Shown here: positions 19,179 through 27,852 of the stretch, one piece after another
How the letters are laid out: every line of letters begins with the position of its first letter
How positions within the stretch are numbered: the first letter of the stretch is position 1
Source of the DNA: Patulibacter sp.
Lineage (GTDB): Bacteria > Actinomycetota > Thermoleophilia > Solirubrobacterales > Solirubrobacteraceae
Direction of reading: 5' to 3'
DNA: 48,419 nucleotides
NCBI GenBank assembly: GCA_015478825.1
Contig: JADMKN010000242.1
Span: 1-48,419 of the forward strand
The notes under the pieces: generated by a model
The model's database searches: none
What the model saw: the letters and a program-made list of their open reading frames with translations, nothing else
What the model was told of the DNA's origin: nothing
Made by a program: the position numbers and the translations under genes

Positions 19179-19817
19179 ATGACCACCGCCCTGCCGTCGC
19201 TGATCGTGGTGGCACTGACGCTCGTCGTGACGGGCTGGTGGTACGAGCGCACCCGGCCCAGCGCCCGCGTGCTGGCCCTGGTCGCGACGCTGGCCGCGTT
19301 GGCAGCGATCGCCCGGGTCGCGTTCGCGCCGTTGCCGAACGTCAAGCCGACCACCGACATCGTGCTGTTCGCGGGGATCGTGCTTGGCGGCGCGCCGGGC
19401 TTCGCGGTCGGGGCGATCACCGCGCTGGCGTCCAACGTGGTCTTCGGCCAGGGCCCGTGGACCGTCTGGCAGATGCTGGCCTGGGGGTCGTGCGGGCTGC
19501 TCGGCGCCGGCCTGGGCGCCGTGGTCCGTGGCCCGATCAACCGCTGGGTCCTGGCCGCGATCTGCGCGTTCGCGGGCGTCATGTTCGGGGTGATCATGAA
19601 CGTCTCGACCTGGCTCTCGTTCACGGGTGGCGGCGTCGACGAGGCGATCGTGATCGCCACCACCTCGGCGCCGTTCGACGTCGCGCACATCGCCGGCAAC
19701 GTGGTCTTCGCGCTGGTCTTCGGCCCCGCGATGCTCGGCGCGCTGCGCCGCACCCGCGCGCGGGCGGAGGGCCGGTTCGTCGACGAGCTGCCGGAGGTCG
19801 CGCGGCCCACCGCGTAG
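19179..19817 (+). CDS. cbrT: ECF S component, cobalamin-specific CbrT type
   Basis: Hydrophobic 212 aa; PLPNVKPTT, SNVVFGQGPWTVWQMLAW and FDVAHIAGN motifs; lies in a B12-riboswitch operon. Confidence 0.82.
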   Translation: MTTALPSLIVVALTLVVTGWWYERTRPSARVLALVATLAALAAIARVAFAPLPNVKPTTDIVLFAGIVLGGAPGFAVGAITALASNVVFGQGPWTVWQMLAWGSCGLLGAGLGAVVRGPINRWVLAAICAFAGVMFGVIMNVSTWLSFTGGGVDEAIVIATTSAPFDVAHIAGNVVFALVFGPAMLGALRRTRARAEGRFVDELPEVARPTA

Positions 19818-19829
19818 GCTGGGCGGACG

Positions 19830-21584
19830 ATGGCCGACGATCCTCAGACCCCGCCCAGCGACCTGTCGAACGCGCGGATCGCGGACCTCTTCGACGAGCT
19901 CGGCGACCTCTACGAGCTGGACGGCGCGGTAGTCCACCGCGTGATGGCGTACCGCAACGGCGCGAAGGCGATGCGCGACGCGCCGCGCTCGATCGCCGCG
20001 CTGACCCGGGCGGGTACGGTCACCGAGCTGCCGGGCATCGGCAAGACCCTGGCCGAGAAGCTCGAGGCGCTGCTGACCACCGGAGAGATCCCGGCGCTGA
20101 CCAAGCTGCGCGCCAAGATCCCGGACGGGCTGCGGATGATCACCCGGCTGCCCGGCCTGGGTCCGAAGCGCGCCAAGCGGCTCCACGCCGAGCTCGGGAT
20201 CGACGGTCCCGAGGCGCTGCGCGCGGCGATCGCGGACCAGCGGATCCGCGCGCTGTCGGGGTTCGGACCGAAGTCCGAGGAGAAGCTGCTGGCCGCGCTC
20301 GACGCGGCGGGTGACGACCTCTCGGGGCCGAAGCGCGAGCTGCTGTCGAAGGCGCTGCCGATCGCCGAGCAGCTCGTCGCCGAGCTGCGGGACCGCGGCG
20401 CCGCGGTCGGCGTCCACCGGGTCGAGATCGCCGGCTCGGCGCGGCGCCAGGCCGACAGCGTGCACGACCTCGACCTGATCGCCACCGCCGACGACGCCGA
20501 GGGCCTGGTCGAGATCTTCGCGTCGTCGGAGCTGATCGACGACGTGCACCGCCGCGGGACCAACGGCGCCAGCGCCAACACCCACACGGGACTGTCGGTC
20601 GACCTGCGGGTGGTGGCCCCCGACCAGTTCGGCAACCTGCTGCAGCACTTCACCGGGTCGAAGGCCCACAATGTGGCGATCCGCGAGGCGGCGGTCAAGC
20701 GCGGGCTGCACGTGTCCGAGTACGGAATCCTCGACGACGCCACCGGGGAGACCGAGCGGTTCGCGACCGAGGAGGAGGTCTACGCGCGGCTCGGCCTGCC
20801 GTGGATCCCGCCGGAACTGCGCGAGAACCGCGGCGAGCTGCAGCTCGAGCGCGTCCCGAAGTTGATCGAGCTCGAGGACCTGCGCGGCGACCTGCACATG
20901 CACACCACGGCCAGCGACGGCCGCGGCAGCATCCGCGACATGGTCGACGCCGCGCGGGCCCTCGGGCACGAGTACATCGCGATCACCGATCACTCGGCGT
21001 CCCACGGGTTCGGCGACCACGTCACGCCCGACCAGCTCCGGGCGACGATCGAGGAGGTCCGCCGGCTCAACGACGAGCTCGACGACTTCACGGTGCTGGC
21101 GGGCAGCGAGGTCAACATCCTCACCGACGGGTCGCTGGACTACGACGACGAGCTGCTCGCCGAGCTGGACTGGGTGGTGGCGTCGGTCCACACGGCGTTC
21201 GGCAGCGACCCGACCGGCCGGATCATCGCGGCCTGCGAGCATCCGTCGGTCGACGTGATCGCGCACCCGACCGGGCGGCTGATCGAGAAGCGCACCGCCT
21301 ACGACCTGGACGTCGACGCGATGATCGAGGCGGCGGCGCGGACCGGAACCTTCCTCGAGATCAACGGCTCGCCGCGGCGTCGCGACCTGCACGACGTGCA
21401 CGCCCGCCAGGCGAAGGACGCCGGGGTGCTGCTGGTGATCGATTCCGACGCGCACGGCCCGGAGACCCAGGAGAACGTGCGCTGGGGCATCGCGACCGCG
21501 CGCCGCGCGTGGCTCGGGCCGGACGACGTCGCCAACACCCGTCCCTGGCCCGCCCTGCGGAAGCTGCGCAAGGGCGGGCGGTAG
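19830..21584 (+). CDS. polX: DNA polymerase X / PHP 3'-5' exonuclease
   Basis: HhH motifs (LPGIG, LPGLGPK); GSARR..HDLD; VDLRVV; FTGSKAHN; IPPELRE; PHP motifs DLHMHT, ITDHS, AHPTGR, DSDAH. Confidence 0.95.
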   Translation: MADDPQTPPSDLSNARIADLFDELGDLYELDGAVVHRVMAYRNGAKAMRDAPRSIAALTRAGTVTELPGIGKTLAEKLEALLTTGEIPALTKLRAKIPDGLRMITRLPGLGPKRAKRLHAELGIDGPEALRAAIADQRIRALSGFGPKSEEKLLAALDAAGDDLSGPKRELLSKALPIAEQLVAELRDRGAAVGVHRVEIAGSARRQADSVHDLDLIATADDAEGLVEIFASSELIDDVHRRGTNGASANTHTGLSVDLRVVAPDQFGNLLQHFTGSKAHNVAIREAAVKRGLHVSEYGILDDATGETERFATEEEVYARLGLPWIPPELRENRGELQLERVPKLIELEDLRGDLHMHTTASDGRGSIRDMVDAARALGHEYIAITDHSASHGFGDHVTPDQLRATIEEVRRLNDELDDFTVLAGSEVNILTDGSLDYDDELLAELDWVVASVHTAFGSDPTGRIIAACEHPSVDVIAHPTGRLIEKRTAYDLDVDAMIEAAARTGTFLEINGSPRRRDLHDVHARQAKDAGVLLVIDSDAHGPETQENVRWGIATARRAWLGPDDVANTRPWPALRKLRKGGR

Positions 21585-21635
21585 CGACGCCGGCCCGCTC
21601 CCCCGTCCCGGGAAGGATCGGGCGGTCCGACCGGC

Positions 21636-21758
21636 TCAACTTCTCCAGGACGTTCGGTCCGTAAGCAGCTCGACGACCTGTCCGGCGCGCTCGGTCACCG
21701 CGAGGTCTCGTCGGCGGATCGCGGAGATCCAGACCGAGCTGTCGGCCAGCGCGATCAC
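21636..21758 (-). pseudogene. vapC: Truncated VapC (PIN) toxin, 40 aa
   Basis: GTG overlaps the vapB stop; MIALADSSVWISAIRRRD.. is a PIN N-terminal motif, but TGA comes after 40 codons and polX ends about 50 nt further on. Confidence 0.7.
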
Positions 21759-21973
21759 CCCGGACTCCCGGAGCCGTGCCCTCGCATGCGCCACAGGTCC
21801 TCGAGTGTCATATCGGTCTCGAGCTTCCAGACCGCCTTGCGTGCTTCGCGCTTGAGGACTTCGTCCAGCGCCACGCGGACCGTTTCCGCCGTCGTCTTGG
21901 TGCCGAGCGCTTCCCGCGCGTCCTGCACGACGTCGGGGTCGAGCGATATCGAGGTCCGGATCATCTTCACCAT
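21755..21973 (-). CDS. vapB: VapB-family antitoxin
   Basis: GAGG RBS; RTSISLDPDVVQDAREALGTKTTAETVRVALDE fits the ribbon-helix-helix VapB pattern. Confidence 0.85.
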   Translation of the reverse strand: MVKMIRTSISLDPDVVQDAREALGTKTTAETVRVALDEVLKREARKAVWKLETDMTLEDLWRMRGHGSGSPG

Positions 21974-22192
21974 CGTATGCCTCTCTGCGTCAGAGGTGGC
22001 TTGCGAAGTGTGATGTATTGTCTTCAATCTTGCAACGCGGGTGTACGGCGGCACGGACGGGTGCGATCCGCCGCGCCTGGCGGCAGAATCGCACCCTAAT
22101 CGAGCCGGGGTTCGGTAGAGCAGGAACGCAGGGCCCGGCTTCCGTCAGCGCCGCTCCGCACAGAGCCGCGGTCCGCAGACCACGAGCCGCGG

Positions 22193-25100
22193 CTACCGCT
22201 TGGTGCCGCGCACCTTGACCGTGGTGGTCCCCGTGCGGAGCTCGGACCGGCCGGCGCCGGCGAGCTGGACCCGCAGCGTGACCCTGGAACCGCGCTGCAG
22301 GCTGCGCTTGAGCGTGCCCTTGGCGACGAGCGTCACGGTCCGGCTCTTGCCGGCCTTCACCGTCACCGCGCGCCGGGTGGCGATCGTCCTGCCGCCGCGC
22401 TTGACCGTGATCTTGACCTTGCAGGAGCCGGCGCCCTTGGCGCAGCTCAGCCGGAACGGCACGCGGCCGCTGCGGGTGGCCTTCAGCGACCGGCGGGCGA
22501 CCGTGATCCGCGGCGTCGCCGTGCTCTTCGGCGCGGTCGGCGCCGGGACGGCCACCGGGACCGGGACCGGGATGCCGACCGGGACCGGGCTGACCGCGCC
22601 CGGGTCCAGGTTGGTCGGGGCCTCGGGCGCCGGGGCCTCGGTCTCGGGCTCCGGCGCCGGCTCGACCACGATCGGCTGCGGCTTCACGCCCGGGTCGAAC
22701 GTCAACGCCGGGAACTGCGTCGGCTCGACGTGGCCGTCGAGCAGCCGCTCGACCGCGTAGGCGAAGCCGACGAGCTTGGCGTCGTCCCACGCCCGCCCCT
22801 GGAGCTGCAGCGAGACCGGATGGCCGTTCTCGTTCTTCCCGACCGGCACGATCACCTCGGGTGCGCCCGACGCGGACGCGGGAGCCGTCGCGAACGCGCC
22901 GCCGAGCGCGAGCGAGTCGTTGGAATGGAAGTCCGATGTGTTGTTCGGGTAGATCACGGCCTCGACGTCCGCGTCGTCCATCCACTGCTTCAGACGCGCT
23001 TGGTACTCGGTCCGCTGGTCGCGGATCGCCTGGACCTGTGCCCGGGTCATCCGGCCGCTGGTCGTCGGGTTGCTCGATCGGTTGTAGGGCAGCTTGAGCT
23101 GCGAGTCCTGGATCTCGGCCGGGGTCTTGTACGGGGACTCCGGGTGGGCCTCGATCCAGCGGGCCCAGCCCTCGGTCCCGGTGCTCGCGCCCGGCGCCGA
23201 CGGGCTCGGCGGCGAGGACGGGGCGTTCGGCATCGGCACCAGCGTCGCGCCGGCCTCGCGGAACGCGTCGAGCGCCGCGTTGGAGACCTCGAGCGAGCCG
23301 GGGGTCCCGTAGCTCGTCGTGGCGAACGTGCTGGGCAGGTAGCCGAACCGCTTGCCCTTCATCGCGGCCGCGTCGAGCACCGACGTCCAGTCGGCCGGCC
23401 GCTTGGCGTCGGCATCGCCGGCCACGGTCAGCTCGTCGTTCGGGTCGGTTCCCGTCGTGTAGTTGAGGATCGACGCCAGGTCGGCGACCGAGCGGGCCAT
23501 CGGACCGGCGTAGTCGCGGGTGAAGTTCAGCGGCATCACGCCGGAACCCGAGCTCATGCCGTCGGTCCCGCGCAGCGAGACCAGCGAGCTGGCCCCCGAC
23601 GGGGCGTTCAGCGAGACCCCGGTCTGGCTGCCCATCGAGAAGGCGGCGAAGCTCGCGGCGACCGCCACGCCGGAGCCGCCGGACGAGCCCTGCGACGTCG
23701 ATGACGGCTGGATCGCGTTCCAGACCTGTCCCCAGGCGCTCTCTGAGTGGCGGCCCGAGTTGGCGTACTCGGACATGTTCGCCTTGCCGAGGATCACGGC
23801 CCCGGCTTCGCGCATCTTGCCGACCTGGAACGCGTCCTTCGTCGGCCGGAAGCCCTCGAAGACCAGCGAGCCGTTGGTGGTGGGCATGTCCTTCGTGTCG
23901 TAGAGGTCCTTGACCGCGACGGGGATCCCGAGCAGATCGGTGTCCTTGCCCTGCGCGCGGGCGACGTCGGCCTTGCGGGCCTGCTCCATGGCGTCGTCGG
24001 CGACGTGGATGAACGACTTCAGCCCCCGCTGCCCACGGTCGTAGGCGGCGATCCGGTCGAGGTAGGCGCGAGTGATCTCCTGCGAGGTGGTGCGCCCGGC
24101 GCGCATGTCGTCCTGCAACTCGGTCAGCGTCTTGCCGACCACGTCGTACGGCGAGCTGGTCTTCGGCTCGGGCTCGACCGGGGCGGGCGCGGGCTGCGGC
24201 GGCTGGACGGTCTCGCAGGTCGCGGGCAGTGCTGCGTCGATCAGCTCCAGGTTCCAGTTGGCGATCGTGCAGAGCTCGGCGGTCGAGAGCCCGTCGAGGT
24301 CCGGGTCGGCCGCCAGGTCCGCGGCCCCGGTCTGCACCGCCTGGATCTGTGCGCCGGCCGTGGCGGTGGTGTCGCGCAGGCCGATCACGACGAACTGGGC
24401 CAGCGATCGCGTCTCGCCGGGTTGGAGCATCAGGCGGCGCACGTAGCCGTGGAAGTTGGCCTCGTGGCCGGTCGTCGGCAGCACCTGCTCGAAGGGGTTG
24501 CGGTGCTGGTTGCCGAGCCGCAGCAACCCGCCGGTCGACGACCCGCCGGCGTTGCCGATGACGGTCGCCGAGGTGCCGTTCTGCGTCGGCCCGGAGGTCG
24601 GGGTCGTGGCGGCCGCGGTCGGGGTCCCGACCATCGCCCACGAATCGGCGGACGTCACGTCGGTGTCGCCGTTGGAGGTCGCCAGCACCCGCGCTTGGGA
24701 GGCCTGGAACGCGGGGTTGGTGTCGCTCGACTGACCGAGGATCCCGCCGAACGAGACCTCGACGGTGACCGGGGCATTGGTCCGGTTGGTGAAGCTGTCG
24801 ACCCACCGGGCCCAGTTGGCGGACCGCTCGATCTTCAGGTTGCGGCTGACGTCGACGCCGGACACGCGCACCGGGGTGGTGGTGGCGAACTCGTCGAGGC
24901 CGTCGAACTTCAGACCGAAGCCGCGCAGCAGCTCGCCGTCCAGGCGGTCGGGCTTGGTGCCCGAGACGCTGACCTTGATCCCGCCGTAGCCGAGCAGCGA
25001 GCTCTGGTTGGTCGAGCGGATCGAGCCGGTGTCGACGCCCGGCATCGCGGTGTCGTTGACGGCCCACGACTCGCCGTTCTGGGCGCTGACGTAGTTGATC

Positions 25101-25222
25101 GCCGAGGCGCCTGGCACGACGACGAGCGTCGCAGCGACGGTTGTCAAGGCGATCGCGCCTCGCGAGCGGCGGCGACTGCGGCGGCGGCGGGTGGCGGGGG
25201 ACGAGGGGGTCGGTCGGGACAT
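22193..25222 (-). CDS. Secreted amidase-signature enzyme with large N-terminal domain, Pro linker and basic C-terminal domain
   Basis: Arg-rich signal peptide; GIPVAVKDLYD, GKANMSEYA, GSSGGSG, GSQTGVSLNAPS, GPMARSVAD. Confidence 0.88.
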   Translation of the reverse strand: MSRPTPSSPATRRRRSRRRSRGAIALTTVAATLVVVPGASAINYVSAQNGESWAVNDTAMPGVDTGSIRSTNQSSLLGYGGIKVSVSGTKPDRLDGELLRGFGLKFDGLDEFATTTPVRVSGVDVSRNLKIERSANWARWVDSFTNRTNAPVTVEVSFGGILGQSSDTNPAFQASQARVLATSNGDTDVTSADSWAMVGTPTAAATTPTSGPTQNGTSATVIGNAGGSSTGGLLRLGNQHRNPFEQVLPTTGHEANFHGYVRRLMLQPGETRSLAQFVVIGLRDTTATAGAQIQAVQTGAADLAADPDLDGLSTAELCTIANWNLELIDAALPATCETVQPPQPAPAPVEPEPKTSSPYDVVGKTLTELQDDMRAGRTTSQEITRAYLDRIAAYDRGQRGLKSFIHVADDAMEQARKADVARAQGKDTDLLGIPVAVKDLYDTKDMPTTNGSLVFEGFRPTKDAFQVGKMREAGAVILGKANMSEYANSGRHSESAWGQVWNAIQPSSTSQGSSGGSGVAVAASFAAFSMGSQTGVSLNAPSGASSLVSLRGTDGMSSGSGVMPLNFTRDYAGPMARSVADLASILNYTTGTDPNDELTVAGDADAKRPADWTSVLDAAAMKGKRFGYLPSTFATTSYGTPGSLEVSNAALDAFREAGATLVPMPNAPSSPPSPSAPGASTGTEGWARWIEAHPESPYKTPAEIQDSQLKLPYNRSSNPTTSGRMTRAQVQAIRDQRTEYQARLKQWMDDADVEAVIYPNNTSDFHSNDSLALGGAFATAPASASGAPEVIVPVGKNENGHPVSLQLQGRAWDDAKLVGFAYAVERLLDGHVEPTQFPALTFDPGVKPQPIVVEPAPEPETEAPAPEAPTNLDPGAVSPVPVGIPVPVPVAVPAPTAPKSTATPRITVARRSLKATRSGRVPFRLSCAKGAGSCKVKITVKRGGRTIATRRAVTVKAGKSRTVTLVAKGTLKRSLQRGSRVTLRVQLAGAGRSELRTGTTTVKVRGTKR

Positions 25223-25545
25223 CGGCGGCTCCGTGAGGGCAGGGTCGGCGTGGCGCGCACGCCGCTGGTGGACGCCGGATCCACGGGGCGGAAAGCGCCC
25301 GGGAAACGGCGGATCACAAGGATCGCCGCGCGTCCTCCGTACACCGCCTGGACCGATGTATGGCCTTTGCAACTAGCCGGTTGGACGGTGGGAGCAACCG
25401 TGCGTTGCGTGACGCAGCGCACGGAGCGGCGCACCGGACCGCTGGTATTCGCCCGCGCATCGCCCGCGGGCCCGGGATTCGTGCGACCGGGCCGGCGTCG
25501 CGGACGGGCCCGGTCCGGCGAGCTCCCCGCAGTAGCATGCCGCCG

Positions 25546-25956
25546 ATGAAGCCCACGCGAGAAGCGGTCACCGAGGTCACGGTCGAGTTGCGGTACCGGG
25601 ACCTCGACACGCTCGGGCACGTCAACCAGTCCGTCTACCACGTGCTGCTGGAGGACGCCCGGATCGCCTTCCTGCGGTCGCTGTTCGGCAACCACCCGCG
25701 GATGGTGGTGGCCCGCGTCGAGATGGACTACCGGCACGAGGTGCGGATCGCGGACCGGGTCGTGACGGTGACCACCGCGGTCGAGCGGGTCGGCGGCTCG
25801 AGCATGACCCTGACGTCGCGGATGACGACGCCCTCGGGGACCGTGGCGGCGGAGGCGGTGACCGTGCTGGTCACCTGGGATCCGGAGCAGCGGACGTCGC
25901 GCCCGCTGTCCGACGACGAGCGTGCGGCGCTGTCGGGCGTGCTGGTCGAGGGCTGA
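25546..25956 (+). CDS. Acyl-CoA thioesterase (4HBT/FcbC hotdog fold)
   Basis: RYRDLDTLGHVNQSVY motif; TAGCAT -10 box 7 nt before the ATG (leaderless; ATG 25537 is an alternative). Confidence 0.88.
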   Translation: MKPTREAVTEVTVELRYRDLDTLGHVNQSVYHVLLEDARIAFLRSLFGNHPRMVVARVEMDYRHEVRIADRVVTVTTAVERVGGSSMTLTSRMTTPSGTVAAEAVTVLVTWDPEQRTSRPLSDDERAALSGVLVEG

Positions 25957-26046
25957 GCGCGGGTGGCGGCTCGCGTTGGGGCGGCGCGGCTCGCGGCGGG
26001 TCAGCCGTCGGCGTGTCGCGCCGGTGAGTCGTCCCCAGAACGACGA

Positions 26047-26068
26047 ACGGCCCGCCGAAGCGGGCCGT
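26047..26068 (-). terminator. Intrinsic terminator of cspA
   Basis: ACGGCCCGC-TTCG-GCGGGCCGT hairpin followed by TCGTCGTTCT on the minus strand. Confidence 0.7.
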
Positions 26069-26115
26069 CCACGGGCCGTCACCCGGAGGTGACGGTCACC
26101 GAAAGTCGAGGCGTC

Positions 26116-26319
26116 TTAGATGACGTCGACGTTGGTGGCGTTCGGGCCCTTCGGGCCGGTCTCGGCGTCGAAGGAGACCTTCGCGCCTTCGGCCAGCGTC
26201 TTGAAGCCGCTGCCGTTGATGGCGGAATGGTGGACGAAGAGATCCTTACCGGCTTCGTCGGGCGTGATGAACCCGAAGCCCTTCTCCTCGTTGAACCACT
26301 TAACGGTGCCTGTGGCCAT
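26116..26319 (-). CDS. cspA: Cold-shock protein
   Basis: [21 protein letters not shown]...DLFVHHSAI...[10 protein letters not shown]; GGAGG RBS. Confidence 0.97.
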   Translation of the reverse strand: MATGTVKWFNEEKGFGFITPDEAGKDLFVHHSAINGSGFKTLAEGAKVSFDAETGPKGPNATNVDVI

Positions 26320-26441
26320 GTGATGTCCCTCCGTGGGGTGTTGTGCAACGGCGCGGAGGGTGCTGATGCAACGACTGCGAACGCTGGCACTGCTTCGCCG
26401 GACCCTTGTGGTCCGACACGACGCCTGAAGCATGGCACAAA

Positions 26442-26924
26442 TCACGCGTCGTGCGTAGCGGGTTTGCCAGGGGTCGTCGACGGACGCGAATCGCCGACCC
26501 AGAAGCGGGGTCCTGCGCCGCGTCGTGCGACCCGGTCCTTGGGGTTGGCCAGGGAGCAGCGGTCGAGCGACAGGCACCCGCAGCCGATGCAGTCGGTGAG
26601 CCCGGCCTTGAGGCGCTCGAGCTCGTCGATCCGCTCGTCGATCCGCGCGCTCCAGCTCCTCGAGAGGCGGGCCCAATCGCGCCGGGACGGTACACGATCG
26701 GTGGGCAGGCGCGCGAGCTCGCCGGCGATCTCCTCGAGGCTCAGGCCGATCCGCTGGGCGAAGACGATGAACGCGATCCGCCGAGCGACCGGCCGGCTGT
26801 ACCGCCGGTGGCTGGCGCCGGTCCGCTCCGACGTGATCAGGCCGCGGTCCTCGTAGTAGCGCAGCGCCGACGGCGCCACGCCCGTGCGTTCGGAGAGGGC
26901 GCCGATCGTCAGGAGCTCGGTCAT
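26442..26924 (-). CDS. soxR: Redox-sensitive transcriptional activator SoxR
   Basis: MerR HTH (SALRYYE); [12 protein letters not shown] [2Fe-2S] motif; NPKD..GAGPR tail. Confidence 0.95.
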   Translation of the reverse strand: MTELLTIGALSERTGVAPSALRYYEDRGLITSERTGASHRRYSRPVARRIAFIVFAQRIGLSLEEIAGELARLPTDRVPSRRDWARLSRSWSARIDERIDELERLKAGLTDCIGCGCLSLDRCSLANPKDRVARRGAGPRFWVGDSRPSTTPGKPATHDA

Positions 26925-26954
26925 TCCTCCAGCAGATCACGGTCCGCCAGATAT

Positions 26955-26970
26955 TTCAAGCGCGCTTGAG
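26955..26970. promoter_or_regulatory. SoxR operator
   Basis: Perfect 14-bp palindrome TCAAGCGCGCTTGA resembling CCTCAAGnnnnCTTGAGG, about 30 nt upstream of soxR. Confidence 0.75.
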
Positions 26971-26988
26971 TTTTGCGCGCGCCGGCAG

Positions 26989-27852
26989 CTACGCCCCGGC
27001 GTCGTAGACCGCCTGGCACAGCACCGACGTGCCCGGCAGCTCCGCGGCGGTCCGGTCGGCGACGGCGGCGGCGATCTGATCGGCGGTGTGCCGCGCTCCG
27101 TCGTAGACGACGACGATCGACTCGTCGCCCACGTCCAGGTAGGTCGACGCGCCGAGCGGGGTGTAGCGGGTCGCGCCGATCCCGATCAGCACGTGGCTCG
27201 GCCGTCCGGCGTCGAGCAGGTAGCGGCCGACCGGCTCCAGCGGCGTGTCGTCCGATCCGGCCTGGTGGCGCAGCCGGTCGACGATCCAGTCGAGCAGCGT
27301 ACGGCCGTAGTACGAGTAGCCGGGCAAGGGGCTGTCCTCGCCGTAGGCGTCGACCCGATCGCCGCGACGCAGGAAGCTCGCCAGCCGGAAGCTCGCCGTG
27401 GCGCCGTCCGGGTCGAGCTCGGTGGCCGGCAGCAGGTCGCGCGCGAGGCCCTTGCTGTCGGGGCCCCAGTTCTTCTTCTCGCTGATCTTGCGCGCGCCGG
27501 GGCGGCGGATCGAGCAGTCGTTGAACGCGCCGATCGCCTCGGGCGTCAGCGAGACCACGCCCGTGTCGTCGTAGGCCACGGCGCAGATCACGCCGACCTC
27601 CGGCTCGATCTGCAGGTGCAGCGGCTCGTCCGAGATCGGCTTGGCGATCCGGTCGTGCGACAGCGGGAAGGTGCCGAGGAACGTCTCGCCCCCGGGGACG
27701 TAGAACGGGAAGATCCCCTTCGGCGCCTCGGCGGCGGCCGCGACGCGCACGAAGTCCTCGGCTTCCCCCGCTTGCTCGAGGTGTCCGGCGAAGTTGCCGG
27801 CCACCCCGAAGCCGAAGAGCGTGTCGAGCCGATCGATCGGGAGAGTCGTCAC
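26989..27852 (-). CDS. DUF5718-family protein
   Basis: GFGVAGNFAGHLEQAGE, QIEPEV, AFNDCSIR, KISEKKNWG and IGATRYT motifs recalled for this family. Confidence 0.75.
   Translation of the reverse strand: MTTLPIDRLDTLFGFGVAGNFAGHLEQAGEAEDFVRVAAAAEAPKGIFPFYVPGGETFLGTFPLSHDRIAKPISDEPLHLQIEPEVGVICAVAYDDTGVVSLTPEAIGAFNDCSIRRPGARKISEKKNWGPDSKGLARDLLPATELDPDGATASFRLASFLRRGDRVDAYGEDSPLPGYSYYGRTLLDWIVDRLRHQAGSDDTPLEPVGRYLLDAGRPSHVLIGIGATRYTPLGASTYLDVGDESIVVVYDGARHTADQIAAAVADRTAAELPGTSVLCQAVYDAGA

Noticed and set aside
19815-19832. polX as part of the B12-regulated operon
   Set aside because: The gap is only 12 nt, but TAGGCT overlapping the cbrT stop is a plausible own -10 box and no functional link is evident; read-through is not excluded.
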